DNA of 64,000 nt from NCBI GenBank assembly GCA_963782115.1, contig CAWAIK010000004.1:64001-128000 (forward strand). Reading direction: 5' to 3'. A model generated the notes under the pieces. That model ran no database searches. It had not been told where the DNA came from and worked only from the letters and a program-made list of their open reading frames with translations. Shown here in pieces: positions 18,823 to 29,339 of this stretch. The stretch comes from an uncultured Verrucomicrobiae bacterium (GTDB taxonomy: Bacteria > Verrucomicrobiota > Verrucomicrobiia > Chthoniobacterales > JAFAMB01). The position numbers and the translations under genes are program-made. Every line of letters begins with the position of its first letter. Positions within the stretch are counted from its first letter, which is position 1.

Positions 18823-21231
18823 TCAGCTTGGAAACGCCACGAGCAGTTCACGATTCGTCGCGCCCAGGGCATCTTTTGCAACTGATCCTCCGCGGAATCT
18901 AATCGGCCGCGTCTCCTGACGTGGGAAAAGGAAGCTGATCTGACCGGTCCTTGGATCGCCCCTACCCTTCTGAGCTATTTGGATCAGCAACTCGGAGTGC
19001 GAACATTTAACTTCTAAATGCCACGTCCGAAAGTTGCCCTCCCGATAAGCTTGGCTTTCGCCGTCATCCTCGAAACATTCGCATTCGAAGCTCCCTTCAT
19101 TCTGCTTAGGAAACACGGCAAACCCACGTTCATCGGCCGGCTTGGCAAAGTGCTGGTCCGCGACGTTCAATGGGATCGCACAACCTTCCTTAGCCAACAG
19201 CGGTGGGCGATCCCAGGGAGCAGGTAACAACACCTCCTGCCCTCCGGGGTAATAGTCGCCGCTCCAAAAGTCGTACCATCCGGACCCGGCAGGCAGGTAA
19301 ACGGCTCGTGCACGCTGACCAGGCTCCACGACGGCGGCCACGAGCAAGTTTTTACCCAGCATCACATCATCGTTTTCCACGTAGCAATGTTCATCCTCTG
19401 GGAAATCGTGAAAGGTCGGTCTAATAATCGGAGCGTAGTCGCGGTGGGCGTGCCAGATCAGGTCGTAAAAGTAGGGAATGAGCCGGTACCGAAATCGAAT
19501 CAGATCGCGAATGTAAGGCGTGATTTCCGTATACATCCACGGCTCATTCACCGATTTGTCGTCGTTCCACGAGTGGATGCTGAAGCGCGGCATGAAAATC
19601 CCAAATTGCACCCAACGCAGGAAAAGTTCAGGTTCCGGCGCTGGTCCAGAAAAGCCGCCCACATCATGGCCGAGGTTAGACACTCCGGATAACGCCAAAC
19701 CAATTCCCATCTTAATGTTGTAACGAAGCGTTTCCCAAGATGTGTAATTGTCTCCGGACCAAGTCTGCGCGTACCGGTGCAAACCCACGGCGCCAGCCCG
19801 GGTGACGAGGAACGGGCGTTTCTCCGGTTCAAATTCTCGTTGCGCCTCCCACGATGCGCGCATCATGAGCAACGTCTGCAGCGTCTTAGCCTCAGCGGCC
19901 TTCCGCTTTTCACCGAAGCCTTCAATCCAGGCGTTCTCGTTCCAAATCTCAAACTCGTTGTTGTCGTTCCAGGTTGCCGCAATACCGTATTCCAACAAAG
20001 ATTTCGTCACCCCGGCTTTCCACCACGCCACCGTCTCCGGGTTTGTGAAATCAAGGTAGGCGCCTACTTCGTCCCAGAATTGCACCATGGTCGGCTTGCC
20101 GTCCTCTTCTTGGATCAGGAGCCCTTTGCCGGCCACTTCTTTGAAGCGCGGGTGATCGCGTAACAAGCAGGGCTTGATGTTCGCACAAAGCCGAACGCCA
20201 TGATCCCGGTAACGCCTCACGAAGCCTTGCGGGTCAGGAAACTTGCCCCGGTCCCAATGGAACACGTAACGCTTTTCACCAATGGAGGTGTATCCGGAAG
20301 AGAAGTGGAAGGAATCGCAGAGGATGTCGTTCTCCTCACAACGCAAAATGAACTCGTTCATCTGCTCTTGGGCGTTAGGTGCGTCCGTGTAGGTCATGGT
20401 GGACCCGGAATAACCTAGGCCCCACTTCGGCGTAAACGCGGGGCGCCCCGTCAACCAGGTGTAACGTCGCACGACGTCCGCCAAGGTTGCACCCGCGATA
20501 AAGTAATAATCCAAGTCGCCGTGGTCAGCTCGAAAATAGCGATAATGGCCGTGGTAGTTGTCGAGTTCACGTCCCAGGTCAAAGATACAATCGGAGACCG
20601 TGTCGTAGAAAAGGCCAAAGGGGACTTTGGTCTGCTTCTTCCAAGTCAGGTAAAACGGGATGTGTTTGTAGAGCGGGTCGGACGTTCTGGCATTGTAACC
20701 CATCGCATCAAGGTTCGTCATCCGGTAGCTCTGCCCGGCGCGGTTGGTCGCTCCCGCTCGCTCCCCGAGCCCGAAATACATTTCGTCCGCTTCCCTCTTT
20801 AGGTAATGGTAGACACGATCATCCCACCAGCCGAAATTGTAACTTTGCGTGGTCCGATCGGCGGCGGCAAATTGCCAGTGGCCGCCCTGCCTTACCTCCC
20901 ACCGACAAAAAAAGCCCCGAAGCACGATGGTTAAGCGCACGCCAGCGGTGGTGATGCGCATTTCGTCCACCCCTTGAACAAGCTCGAAATCAGGCATGGC
21001 GAATGCCGAGTGGTCGAAGCGGTCACGCCCCTCGTAAGGGACGTCCTCGAGACCCGGCGCAACGGCCCAAGTGCGGGGAAACCGTAGTTTCCCCCCAGGT
21101 AAAACCATTATACGCAGGATATCTTCCTCCAGCACGGAAATGTGGGCAACGTGGCCTTCTGCACTTTTCAGGGTTAACCGACAACCTACTCGATCCGCAA
21201 AGCTGAACACAGGTATGAAATCCATTGACAT
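18823..21231 (-). CDS. GH31 glycoside hydrolase (Aec37-like alpha-glucosidase)
   Basis: YFGLGER, LYKHIPF, catalytic WNDNNE, WSGDN, GHDVGGF. Confidence 0.92.
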   Translation of the reverse strand: MSMDFIPVFSFADRVGCRLTLKSAEGHVAHISVLEEDILRIMVLPGGKLRFPRTWAVAPGLEDVPYEGRDRFDHSAFAMPDFELVQGVDEMRITTAGVRLTIVLRGFFCRWEVRQGGHWQFAAADRTTQSYNFGWWDDRVYHYLKREADEMYFGLGERAGATNRAGQSYRMTNLDAMGYNARTSDPLYKHIPFYLTWKKQTKVPFGLFYDTVSDCIFDLGRELDNYHGHYRYFRADHGDLDYYFIAGATLADVVRRYTWLTGRPAFTPKWGLGYSGSTMTYTDAPNAQEQMNEFILRCEENDILCDSFHFSSGYTSIGEKRYVFHWDRGKFPDPQGFVRRYRDHGVRLCANIKPCLLRDHPRFKEVAGKGLLIQEEDGKPTMVQFWDEVGAYLDFTNPETVAWWKAGVTKSLLEYGIAATWNDNNEFEIWNENAWIEGFGEKRKAAEAKTLQTLLMMRASWEAQREFEPEKRPFLVTRAGAVGLHRYAQTWSGDNYTSWETLRYNIKMGIGLALSGVSNLGHDVGGFSGPAPEPELFLRWVQFGIFMPRFSIHSWNDDKSVNEPWMYTEITPYIRDLIRFRYRLIPYFYDLIWHAHRDYAPIIRPTFHDFPEDEHCYVENDDVMLGKNLLVAAVVEPGQRARAVYLPAGSGWYDFWSGDYYPGGQEVLLPAPWDRPPLLAKEGCAIPLNVADQHFAKPADERGFAVFPKQNEGSFECECFEDDGESQAYREGNFRTWHLEVKCSHSELLIQIAQKGRGDPRTGQISFLFPRQETRPIRFRGGSVAKDALGATNRELLVAFPS

Positions 21232-21457
21232 AGTAAGTTTGTTAAGACTGCATTCGTAACCACGTTAGACTGTCCGAGACAGCGTAACGAGGATTTTGTT
21301 CTCGGTGTAGTGGGATTCAGGTACCTTTGAGGCCAACGGCGTGAAGGAACTAAGGAACTTATCGATCGGAGCATACCTCCGTGGACGCCGCTGCGACATG
21401 AACGAGGATGCAAACATGGACGGATTCAAGGGCGAAATCCTTGGCTAGCTTAGCTAG

Positions 21458-22726
21458 TTAGGCGAGGCTGTCGACCTTATGAGGCCCTACTAGCACGATC
21501 ACCACGATTGCCCCGATGATATCGAACAGCGCCAGGCAGGCAAACAGCGGGCCGTAACCAACCGTAGTGGCCAGGGCGCCCACGACTAAAGAAAACCCTA
21601 ACCCTCCGGTCCAAGCCGCGGTGCCGGTGAAACCATTGGCCGTCGCCACTTCATGAGGATCAAAGACGTCAGCACTCAAGGTATTGAGCAGGGCGGAAAT
21701 CATCTGGTGAGCAAAGCCTCCGATGCAGAACAACGCAATCGCGATGTAAGGGCTGGCGACGAGTCCAATCGAGCCGGGACCGATCATCAGGAGCGCGCCG
21801 AGCACAATCCCGACGATGCGAGAATGAATGAGCTGGACCTTGAAAAACTTCATCACCAACGGCGAAAGGTAACCGCCGAAAATTCCGCCAAGGTCCCCCG
21901 CCAGGAACGGCATCCAAGCGAAAATCGCAATCTGTGTAAGGTCCATGTGACGCACCGTGGCCAAGTACAACGGAATCCAGAAATTAAAGGTTTGCCAAGC
22001 GGGTTCGGCGAGGAACCGTGGAATGGCGATTCCCCAGAACTTCGGGGCGGTTAAGATTTCCCGGACCATCGGAGGCCTTCTCTCACCAGCGGCTAAACTT
22101 TTTTCCGGTTGTTGGCCTTTTAGAATGTAGGAACGTTCCTGGTCGCCCAAGAACCAATGGTCTTTTGGCGAACGGTAGAACGTCCACCACAAGGCAACCC
22201 AGATAAAGCCTATGCCGCCAGTCACCACAAAGGCCATTTGCCAACTGTGCTGCAACGAAACCCAAATCACCAACGGCGGTGCTAACAGCGCTCCGAGCGA
22301 TGTGCCGGCATTAAAATAACCGACGGCGACGGAGCGTTCCTTTGCTGGAAACCATTCAGAGATCGCCTTAATCCCAGCCGGGACCGCCGCCGCTTCACTC
22401 AAACCCATCAGCCCCCGGAAAAAAGCGAGAGCTAACCAACTCCCGGCAACGGCGTGCAACATGTTGAACACGGACCAAGCCACTCCAAACAATGAAAACC
22501 CGAGTCTGAGCCCCAAAACGTCCAAAAAATAACCGCAGACCGACTGCATGACACAATAGCCGATTTGGAACGCACCAACGATGTATGAATATTCCGCAGT
22601 GGTGAACTTTAACTTCACTTGCAGTTGCGGGGCCAACACCGCCAGCGAATTGCGCGCCAAATAATTAATGATCGTGCCCAGGCAGATCAGCCCGACAATC
22701 CACCAGCGAAAGCCTTTCAATTTCAT
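21458..22726 (-). CDS. MFS transporter, ExuT/ACS-like
   Basis: RWWIVGLICLGTIINYLAR, EWFPAKERS, about 12 TM segments. Upstream of GH31. Confidence 0.9.
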   Translation of the reverse strand: MKLKGFRWWIVGLICLGTIINYLARNSLAVLAPQLQVKLKFTTAEYSYIVGAFQIGYCVMQSVCGYFLDVLGLRLGFSLFGVAWSVFNMLHAVAGSWLALAFFRGLMGLSEAAAVPAGIKAISEWFPAKERSVAVGYFNAGTSLGALLAPPLVIWVSLQHSWQMAFVVTGGIGFIWVALWWTFYRSPKDHWFLGDQERSYILKGQQPEKSLAAGERRPPMVREILTAPKFWGIAIPRFLAEPAWQTFNFWIPLYLATVRHMDLTQIAIFAWMPFLAGDLGGIFGGYLSPLVMKFFKVQLIHSRIVGIVLGALLMIGPGSIGLVASPYIAIALFCIGGFAHQMISALLNTLSADVFDPHEVATANGFTGTAAWTGGLGFSLVVGALATTVGYGPLFACLALFDIIGAIVVIVLVGPHKVDSLA

Positions 22727-23025
22727 GATGCGGAATCGGCAAAGTTTCAGCAATCGCCTGAGGACGGAGATAGCTTTGGAGGGATCTGATGCACCCACAT
22801 GTTAAGTGGGTTTGTTCTGATCTAGCGAGTGTTTTTGCAGACGTTATCTGGAACGATTGTTCCTGATAAAATCAGAGTCATCAACCCAACTCGACAGTCA
22901 GATTCGCCGCCAAAACGGATTACTCAGCCGTGAACTGCTCCAATTCGCAGAAATTCAGTTGCCCCAAGAAATGGAGCCTCAACAAGCCGAAGCCTTGGCG
23001 GCAGTGATAACGAGCGCTCCAGGCC

Positions 23026-23181
23026 TTCGGAACGGATCGGGTGCTCGGCCACTTTGGCGGTGGACTTGAATATCGCTTTACTCCCCACATCGGGATCTTC
23101 GGCGAAGCTGGTTACGACCTCGTCAATGGGGCTTCAAACAACTTTATCCAGGCCAATTTCGGCCTCAGATACGCCTTCTAA
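23026..23181 (+). pseudogene. Outer-membrane beta-barrel protein C-terminal fragment
   Basis: Reads LGHFGGGLEYRFTPHIGIFGEAGY...NFGLRYAF*. No 5' part. Confidence 0.65.
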
Positions 23182-23274
23182 ACAAAAATAAAGGGCAATG
23201 ATCCACGGCTGCTGCAATAAATCTCTTGCCGCGTCATGCGCCCCAGTTCACCAACTCTAGGTTAAATTCCGTAC

Positions 23275-23900
23275 GTGGCGGGCGCCAGAGCGCCCATCAG
23301 AGCCGCTAGCTTGGAGCTGTGGCAGAGCGCTTCTACGAACGAACTATTGGCATCAATCGGAAAATCCCCCACCGGAAAGAGGGCGCGAATCTCGCCATTC
23401 TTGGCCTTTCTAGGCGGCGAAGGGCCAAAACAATCGGTATCCGATCAAGACTTAGCGGCTCTGCAGAACTGGGTGATTCAAAGAATAGCAAAGCAGATGC
23501 GCTTCGTGAAAAACCCCTCCATCGCAAGCCGGCGAGACTCGGGGCTGATCGCCGCATTATGCGCCGCGCCTGCTAGAGGAACACCTCGAAAATGGCCCAA
23601 AAACTGCCTTAAAATCACGGACACCGAAGTGCTTCTATGGGAGGCGGCAATCCAGGAACCATGCTTCGCTATCTCCTTGCGCTTTTGGCACGCCTGGAGA
23701 GAGCGGCTGACCCGCCCAGACCAACGGCGGCTCTACCGCAAATCGCTCAAATGGAGCCAACTCAAGACTCCTTTTTCCCGGGCCCAACGGCGCTCCCTTG
23801 GGTCGCGCAGCCCTGCACAACGCTCTGCGGCGACTCATCGTGGCAGGAGAGCGCAGCAGCAGTAGCGACCCATCACTCCGGAAAAGATCAGAGTCGCTTT
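23275..23900 (+). pseudogene. Hypothetical protein, possibly a degenerate tyrosine-recombinase-like gene
   Basis: RRDSGLIAALC and, after a frame change, GPNGAPLGRAALHNALRRL. Weak resemblance only. Confidence 0.25.
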
Positions 23901-24389
23901 CCTCTGTGGGAATCCTCTTAAGTGAGGGATCCATCTCTAAGGCTAAAGGGCTCCCCCCGAGGGTTCCGCGCCGCTCTAATTCGCGTTTAAGCCGCCGGGA
24001 AGCGAGCTTGCTGGTTCTCTCAAAGAAAGGATCCAGTTTCGCTATTCCCAGCATTTCTTTCGTATCGAACCACTCTTCGAGCTCTTTGAGCGCGGGGATA
24101 TCGGTATGGGACCGCAATCCAAGCGCTCGGAACCGGACACCATGGACGAGCTGTGCCGGCGATTCGCCGGATTTTTTCACTACGCAAAAATCCTTGAAAT
24201 GGTTGCAGCCGGCATTCAGTCAGGTGCGATTAAAGTCCCCCAGTAAGTCAGTTATCATATTTCATGTTAACAGCGGGCGTAGCCAGCTTTCATGTTCCGC
24301 CTCAGCCGGACTTTTGAAGGAGTTCGCCTTACCGCTCTCCATTTTCGCCTCGAAAGACGTCCGTGCTTTCACTATAGTTAACGGAATTC

Positions 24390-24864
24390 ATGAACAAGCG
24401 TCCTCCCGCCAAAAAGCCTCAGAAAGATACAAACGGTAAAAAAGCAAATCCCCGTCAAGAAGATAGCCCCTGACAGAATCGAGGAGCTCGTAAAAAAGCA
24501 CCTTGGGAACATAGGGGAGGCCGAGAACACCTTTAAGAGCGCTTCAGCGTTGCTCGAGAAACACAAGACCAAGTATCCAGAACTTGAGCAATATATAGAG
24601 CACGTATCCGCATCCGATCGCTCAATCCAGATCCTGGAGGATATCAAAGACCCAAGACGAGCTCACTATATATTCAAAATCCTACTTACTGGCGTGCAGC
24701 CGGCATATCAGGTCGCACATCCGGGAGAAAAGGATCATACTAACGTGGATCGCGCGGCCTGGATTTCCACTTTTGAAGAGGCTCTGGCAAAAGCGATCGT
24801 TCAGATCGTCCTTTCACGCCAAGCCGAGCAGGCTTCTCAAGCGGTAGGCTCCCCAAAAGAATAG
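24390..24864 (+). CDS. Hypothetical protein with Lys/Pro-rich N-terminus (probable frameshift near 24425)
   Basis: MNKRPPAKKP in one frame, IQTVKKQIPVKKIAPDRIEELVKK...LEKHKTKYPE in the frame ending at 24864. Confidence 0.45.
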
Positions 24865-25018
24865 AATCCCAACCCCAAGCCGCTTTCTTGGCTTGCGCTC
24901 GAGGGCGGAAATCCGGATGCCAACGCCGGAAGGTGTTCTCCCACTCCAGCGGAAGGAATCTACTTCATCATCTGGCTGTTCAGGTCAGTTCCCAGTTCTC
25001 TCGACTCGGAAATCAAAT

Positions 25019-25054
25019 TCATGTAACGGCAGGGGATCATGTAACGGCAGGGGA
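25019..25054. repeat. 18-bp tandem duplication
   Basis: TCATGTAACGGCAGGGGA x2. Confidence 0.9.
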
Positions 25055-25110
25055 TTATGATCATACGAGACGCTGAACTGCGTGATGCGCGCGGGATTGC
25101 CGAGGGGCTA

Positions 25111-25503
25111 CTATTCCGGCGTGGCGCCCGAACGTTGTCTCAAGATCTCGACCGCCATTTTGAGAGCCTGCCGCTGCTTGTCCAAGGACGACATCTCCAA
25201 TTCGATCCGTGCGATCGCGGCGATTAATCCGCGGTCGTCGACTGGCGGCTCGACTGGTGGTTGACTGCTCGGCTTAGCCGGCAACTCTTCAGGTGCGGCC
25301 GCAGGCACGGCGGGTTCGCCTGCCGCGCCCGCTTCTGCCGCTGTTCTCTTACGATATTGTCTCGACCACCTGCGCAATGACCAAATGCTGACGCCCAGCT
25401 CCTTGGCGAGGTCGTTCGCTGGCACGCCGCCGGTTTGCAACCGTTGCACAGCGGCGACCTTGAAGTTCTCATCAACGTTCTTTCGGGCTTTGCCCTTAGG
25501 CAT
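25111..25503 (-). CDS. Stand-alone IS3 OrfA-like HTH protein with C-terminal coiled coil
   Basis: FKVAAVQRL...DLAKELGVSIWSLRRW HTH_Tnp_1-like motif. No OrfB follows. Confidence 0.7.
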   Translation of the reverse strand: MPKGKARKNVDENFKVAAVQRLQTGGVPANDLAKELGVSIWSLRRWSRQYRKRTAAEAGAAGEPAVPAAAPEELPAKPSSQPPVEPPVDDRGLIAAIARIELEMSSLDKQRQALKMAVEILRQRSGATPE

Positions 25504-25627
25504 TAGCTAAAAGGTGCCCCCTTGCTCGAGCCACTGCAAGGCTCAAGAGGGTGTTTGAATAGGCGCCGTACAGGTCGATGTGCTTGAGGAAACCGACGTG
25601 AGCGTACCTGTGTCGCTAACCGCACAA

Positions 25628-25960
25628 TCAGTTGAAGATGTCACGCCAACCAATTGGTGTTCGTAGGCTTGTGACGGCCTTCTCGTTCAAACTGCTCAGT
25701 TTCTCAAGCCCCCACGGCTCCTGGAGCAAATCAGCCACGCTATTGGACCCTAATGCGTCTTGCGGATTAAGCCGGATGGCTTCCTGGAAGGCTCGCTCCG
25801 CTTTCCTCAAACCGGCCCCGTTCCTTCGCAAAACGCCCAAAATATAATGCGCCTCTGCGTTTTGCGGATAAAGCCGGATGGCTTTCTGCAAGGCTCGTTC
25901 GGTCTCTTCAAGCACCGGCTCTTGCAGCCGGCCCAACGTTTCCAACGCCGCCTTATGCAC
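25628..25960 (-). CDS. Short TPR-repeat protein or fragment
   Basis: Two repeats: ERALQKAIRLYPQNAEAHYILG and ERAFQEAIRLNPQDA. Confidence 0.6.
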   Translation of the reverse strand: MHKAALETLGRLQEPVLEETERALQKAIRLYPQNAEAHYILGVLRRNGAGLRKAERAFQEAIRLNPQDALGSNSVADLLQEPWGLEKLSSLNEKAVTSLRTPIGWRDIFN

Positions 25961-26409
25961 GTAGCGACGTAGCGGGTGTCGCCTTCTTGCTGTAGTTTTG
26001 CAAATTGACCTTTCCCACTCAGACCACCGTCGGGTACTCGGCTGCGGCTAAGGCGCCTCTTAAGCCGTCGTCGTTTCGCGCGCGGACCCTCATGCGCCGC
26101 CACCCCGGAGAGAAAATTGCGTACGGTGCCGATCGCTCCGACACCGACGAAGAAACATAGGGACCAATCGATCGGGTGCGTTTTCGTACCCTCAAAGACA
26201 CCAACGCTCCCGCTGAGCAGGATCAGAAACACTGTGATGGCCCAGAATTCTATGCTCTTCAACAACGCAAGGAATCGCTTTTCCGGCATGTCGTTCCATT
26301 GTTGCCAGCGCTTAAGAACCTCAGCCACGATGGCGCCAAAGGCGCCGAAAAGAAACGCGAGAAACATCCCTGAAGAAAGCCTGGAACCACAAAAAGGTCG
26401 AAGACGCAT
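25960..26409 (-). CDS. Membrane protein (3 TM); may join the TPR ORF through a frameshift
   Basis: Hydrophobic segments FLAFLFGAFGAIVAE, FWAITVFLILLSG, LCFFVGVGAIG. 3' end uncertain. Confidence 0.45.
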
Positions 26410-26608
26410 GTTGTCTTCCAAGACTACGCGAGGCGACCCCCCGCGATGTGAGCAGATCAACGTTTATTAAGAAAGAGCGGCCGCTTTGTCGGCGCCAAAT
26501 TCGGTTGGAGGCTTTATTGAAACCGACGCGTGCAGCGAGACCCGCCGGCGGACGAGCCCGCCCGAGGCCGACCCATAGGCCATCCAAAACATCGTAAACC
26601 GTCCTGCT

Positions 26609-26881
26609 TCAGACAAGGTGCCCGTTCACAAGCTTAGTCATCTCGAACATCGAGACGACCTTCTTGCCGTCGAATACCGCCAGCAGTCTTTCGTCTGCGC
26701 GGATGTTGCGCTTTTCCTTGGGATCCTGGAGCTCGTGTTTGCGGATGTACTCCCAAAGCTTTTTGGTCAGTTCGGTCCGGGGGAGTGGGTCTTTGCCGAC
26801 CACTGCGGCCAGTGCGGCGTCGGGTTGCACGGGTTTGCTAAGGGCGTTTTTGGGGGAGGCGGCTTTCTTCGGGGTTGGCAT
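26609..26881 (-). CDS. SWIB/MDM2-domain protein
   Basis: LAAVVGKDPLPRTELTKKLWEYIRKHELQDP...VSMFEMTKLVNGHL. Confidence 0.93.
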   Translation of the reverse strand: MPTPKKAASPKNALSKPVQPDAALAAVVGKDPLPRTELTKKLWEYIRKHELQDPKEKRNIRADERLLAVFDGKKVVSMFEMTKLVNGHLV

Positions 26882-27098
26882 CGGGCAATTAGAACGCGCC
26901 GGGCTTGGGAGCCAAGCGAAAAATCAACCCTGTTTTCAGCGGTTCGTGGGAGCGCCTTGACGAATCTCAGCCGATAGTTGTAGCGAACTGACCCCTTGAA
27001 CGGCCGTGCGCCGGTTTCGTCCTCATTGATGATGGAGAGGCGAGGGGAGGGTGGGGTAGGGGAGCCGACGCAGCTCTGTAAGGATTTAATTAATTACT

Positions 27099-27246
27099 GG
27101 AGACCGGGAAAAACCGGGGGGCTAGACTGGATTGCTTCTGCCTCGGTGTCGATGGAGGGATGCCAGCGTGACAGCGTTTGGGGCGGAACCTAGTAGAGCA
27201 AGATCAGCTTCGCCGCCCTCTCAGCCCCCGGTTTTTCCTGGTCTCC
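27099..27246. repeat. REP/MITE-like unit with ~24-bp inverted ends
   Basis: GGAGACCGGGAAAAACCGGGGGGCT (27099-27123) and AGCCCCCGGTTTTTCCTGGTCTCC (27223-27246). Related copy at 49514-49537. Confidence 0.65.
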
Positions 27247-27278
27247 TTCTGGCGTGACTCGTATCGCGTATCTTCTGA

Positions 27279-28163
27279 TTAGGTTGGGGAATAGTTCATC
27301 CGGATAAGGTCGGCAATCAGTCGGGGCCCTGTCGGATGCCAGCCCAGTTTTTCCCGCGTAATGGTGCTCGATGCGGGAAAGTCAAGACTGGCGAACATGC
27401 CTAGCCATCCAAAATGGGCTGGCGCCTCTTCCGGTCGGATGGATTTCACCGGCACCTTCAAGCCTCGCCCAATGACTTCGGCAATCTCCCGCAAGGGTAC
27501 ACCTTCCTTCGCCACGGCGTGGTATTTCGCACCGGCTTCGTGCTTCTCCAGAGCAAGCCGGTAGAGGTGGCCCACATCCGAGATATGCGCGGCAGGCCAG
27601 CGGTTCGCACCATTACCGACGTACGCCGAAACTCCTTTCTCCCGCGCCACGGCGATGGCATAGGTGACAAGCCCCTGCTTCACCGTATCGTGAACCTGGG
27701 GAAGGCGCATAATCGAGGCGCTGACGCCCTTTAACGAAAGGGCCGTTTGTTCCGACACCCGGGGAAACGGTGATTTCGCCGGTACGACGTGCTCTTCGGT
27801 CGCCACCTGACCGGGCGCGGATAGTCCCCCGGTAACTGATGCGACGATGAGAGGCCGATCGGACCCGGCGAGCACGCTTCCCAGAGCCTCAATGGCCCGT
27901 TTGTCAATCTCGCAGTTCTCTTTGAATTTTGAGAAGTCGTCAATGAAGGCGAGATGGATCACTCCGTCGGAATCCGCCGTGCCGCGGCGCAGGCTTTCCA
28001 GGTCCTCGAGCGAACCGCGATGAACCTCAGCTCCCGCCGCCGCCAGCGCCTTGGCTCCGGCATCCGACCGGGTGAGACCGAGCACTTGGTGCCCCGCCTT
28101 GAGTAATTCCGGAACGACCGCAGAACCGATGAAGCCAGTGGCCCCTGTAACAAATACTCGCAT
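27279..28163 (-). CDS. NAD-dependent epimerase/dehydratase (atypical SDR)
   Basis: MRVFVTGATGFIGS Rossmann motif. Confidence 0.9.
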   Translation of the reverse strand: MRVFVTGATGFIGSAVVPELLKAGHQVLGLTRSDAGAKALAAAGAEVHRGSLEDLESLRRGTADSDGVIHLAFIDDFSKFKENCEIDKRAIEALGSVLAGSDRPLIVASVTGGLSAPGQVATEEHVVPAKSPFPRVSEQTALSLKGVSASIMRLPQVHDTVKQGLVTYAIAVAREKGVSAYVGNGANRWPAAHISDVGHLYRLALEKHEAGAKYHAVAKEGVPLREIAEVIGRGLKVPVKSIRPEEAPAHFGWLGMFASLDFPASSTITREKLGWHPTGPRLIADLIRMNYSPT

Positions 28164-28196
28164 GGATAATCTCCTGGTTGATGGTTGAAACAAGGA

Positions 28197-28247
28197 TGTA
28201 AACTAAACCGTACCGTTTACAATGTAAACTCTACCGTACCGTTTACA
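28197..28247. promoter_or_regulatory. Two tandem TetR operators
   Basis: TGTAAACTAAACCGTACCGTTTACA (28197-28221) and TGTAAACTCTACCGTACCGTTTACA (28223-28247), between the divergent SDR and TetR genes. Confidence 0.8.
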
Positions 28248-28276
28248 TCTTGTCAAGGGTGAGAGAAAATACAGCC

Positions 28277-28897
28277 ATGTCAAGACGAGGCGATAAACTT
28301 CGGGAGCATATCCTCTATGAGGCCAAGGACGTCTTCCTTGAATTGGGCTTTGAGCGTGCGTCAATGGATGTGGTCGCCAGCCGTGCGGAAACCTCAAAAC
28401 GCTCCTTGTACGCTCACTTTGAGAGCAAAGAGAAGCTATTCCTTGCCGTCATTGAGCTCGTGCGAGGACTTTTTCTCAGCAAACTGAAAATGCCCGGCGA
28501 TTACTCAGAGAAACCTGCGGAAGCCCTGGTAATGTTCTGCGGCCGGTATCTTGAGATACTTCTTTTCGCCCCATCTATCCGAATGTGCCGCTTGAGCATT
28601 GCCGAAGCCGCAAGATTCCCGGAGGGTTCCGCACAGCACTTTGAGGTGATTTTCTCCGCAGTCCACGAACGTTTGAGTGTGTATCTGAAGGGAATATTCG
28701 GGTTATCGGCGAAGGTAAGCGCAGAAGCGGCGCGGAAACTTCTCGGTGAAGTCATTTTTCCCCGCTTCCCGCGCGCCCTGTTTGGCATGGACGAGCTGGC
28801 TGAAAGTTTTGACGATGACGTCATAGCAGAGAATTTCGACCTCAAGCCTATCCGCAAAGCAGTCGCCAGCTTGCTCGAGTCTCTAGGACAACATTAG
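28277..28897 (+). CDS. TetR/AcrR-family regulator
   Basis: FLELGFERASMDVVASRAETSKRSLYAHFESKEKLF. Confidence 0.93.
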   Translation: MSRRGDKLREHILYEAKDVFLELGFERASMDVVASRAETSKRSLYAHFESKEKLFLAVIELVRGLFLSKLKMPGDYSEKPAEALVMFCGRYLEILLFAPSIRMCRLSIAEAARFPEGSAQHFEVIFSAVHERLSVYLKGIFGLSAKVSAEAARKLLGEVIFPRFPRALFGMDELAESFDDDVIAENFDLKPIRKAVASLLESLGQH

Positions 28898-29339
28898 GGT
28901 TCCAGGCGCGACACCGGATTGGTATTGATAAACGAGCTTCGCGCCAGTGATGCACCACTGACGAGCCTGCCGAATTGTCGGTATTAATCTGTTGACCAAT
29001 TTAGATAGAAACTCCACCGACATTGGCCGAACTGATGCAGGACGGCTCTCGACCAATGGAAAGCTTTCCCAATTCATTTCGGATGCCGTCAGCCGGTGTC
29101 AACTTATAGTCGCCGGGCTTGCGCTCCGCGATTCCGTACCTGGCATACGCCTGTTTTTTGAGCCACTATTAATGCCCAACCCCTCGAAAAGGTAAAATTA
29201 GCGACTCTTCCTGACAGTTACTCATCGGCCCAGTCCTAATCCGGTCAGGAGCCGACCTGATCAATTTGACTCAGCTTGCGCGGTCTCTAACGTGGAAGAG
29301 CTTGTCGGGTGTCATTAGTGAGCCTCTTATTCTTCGAAC

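Noticed and set aside
25019..25054. 18-bp tandem repeat as iterons or mini-CRISPR
   Set aside because: Only two adjacent copies, no spacer and no rep gene.
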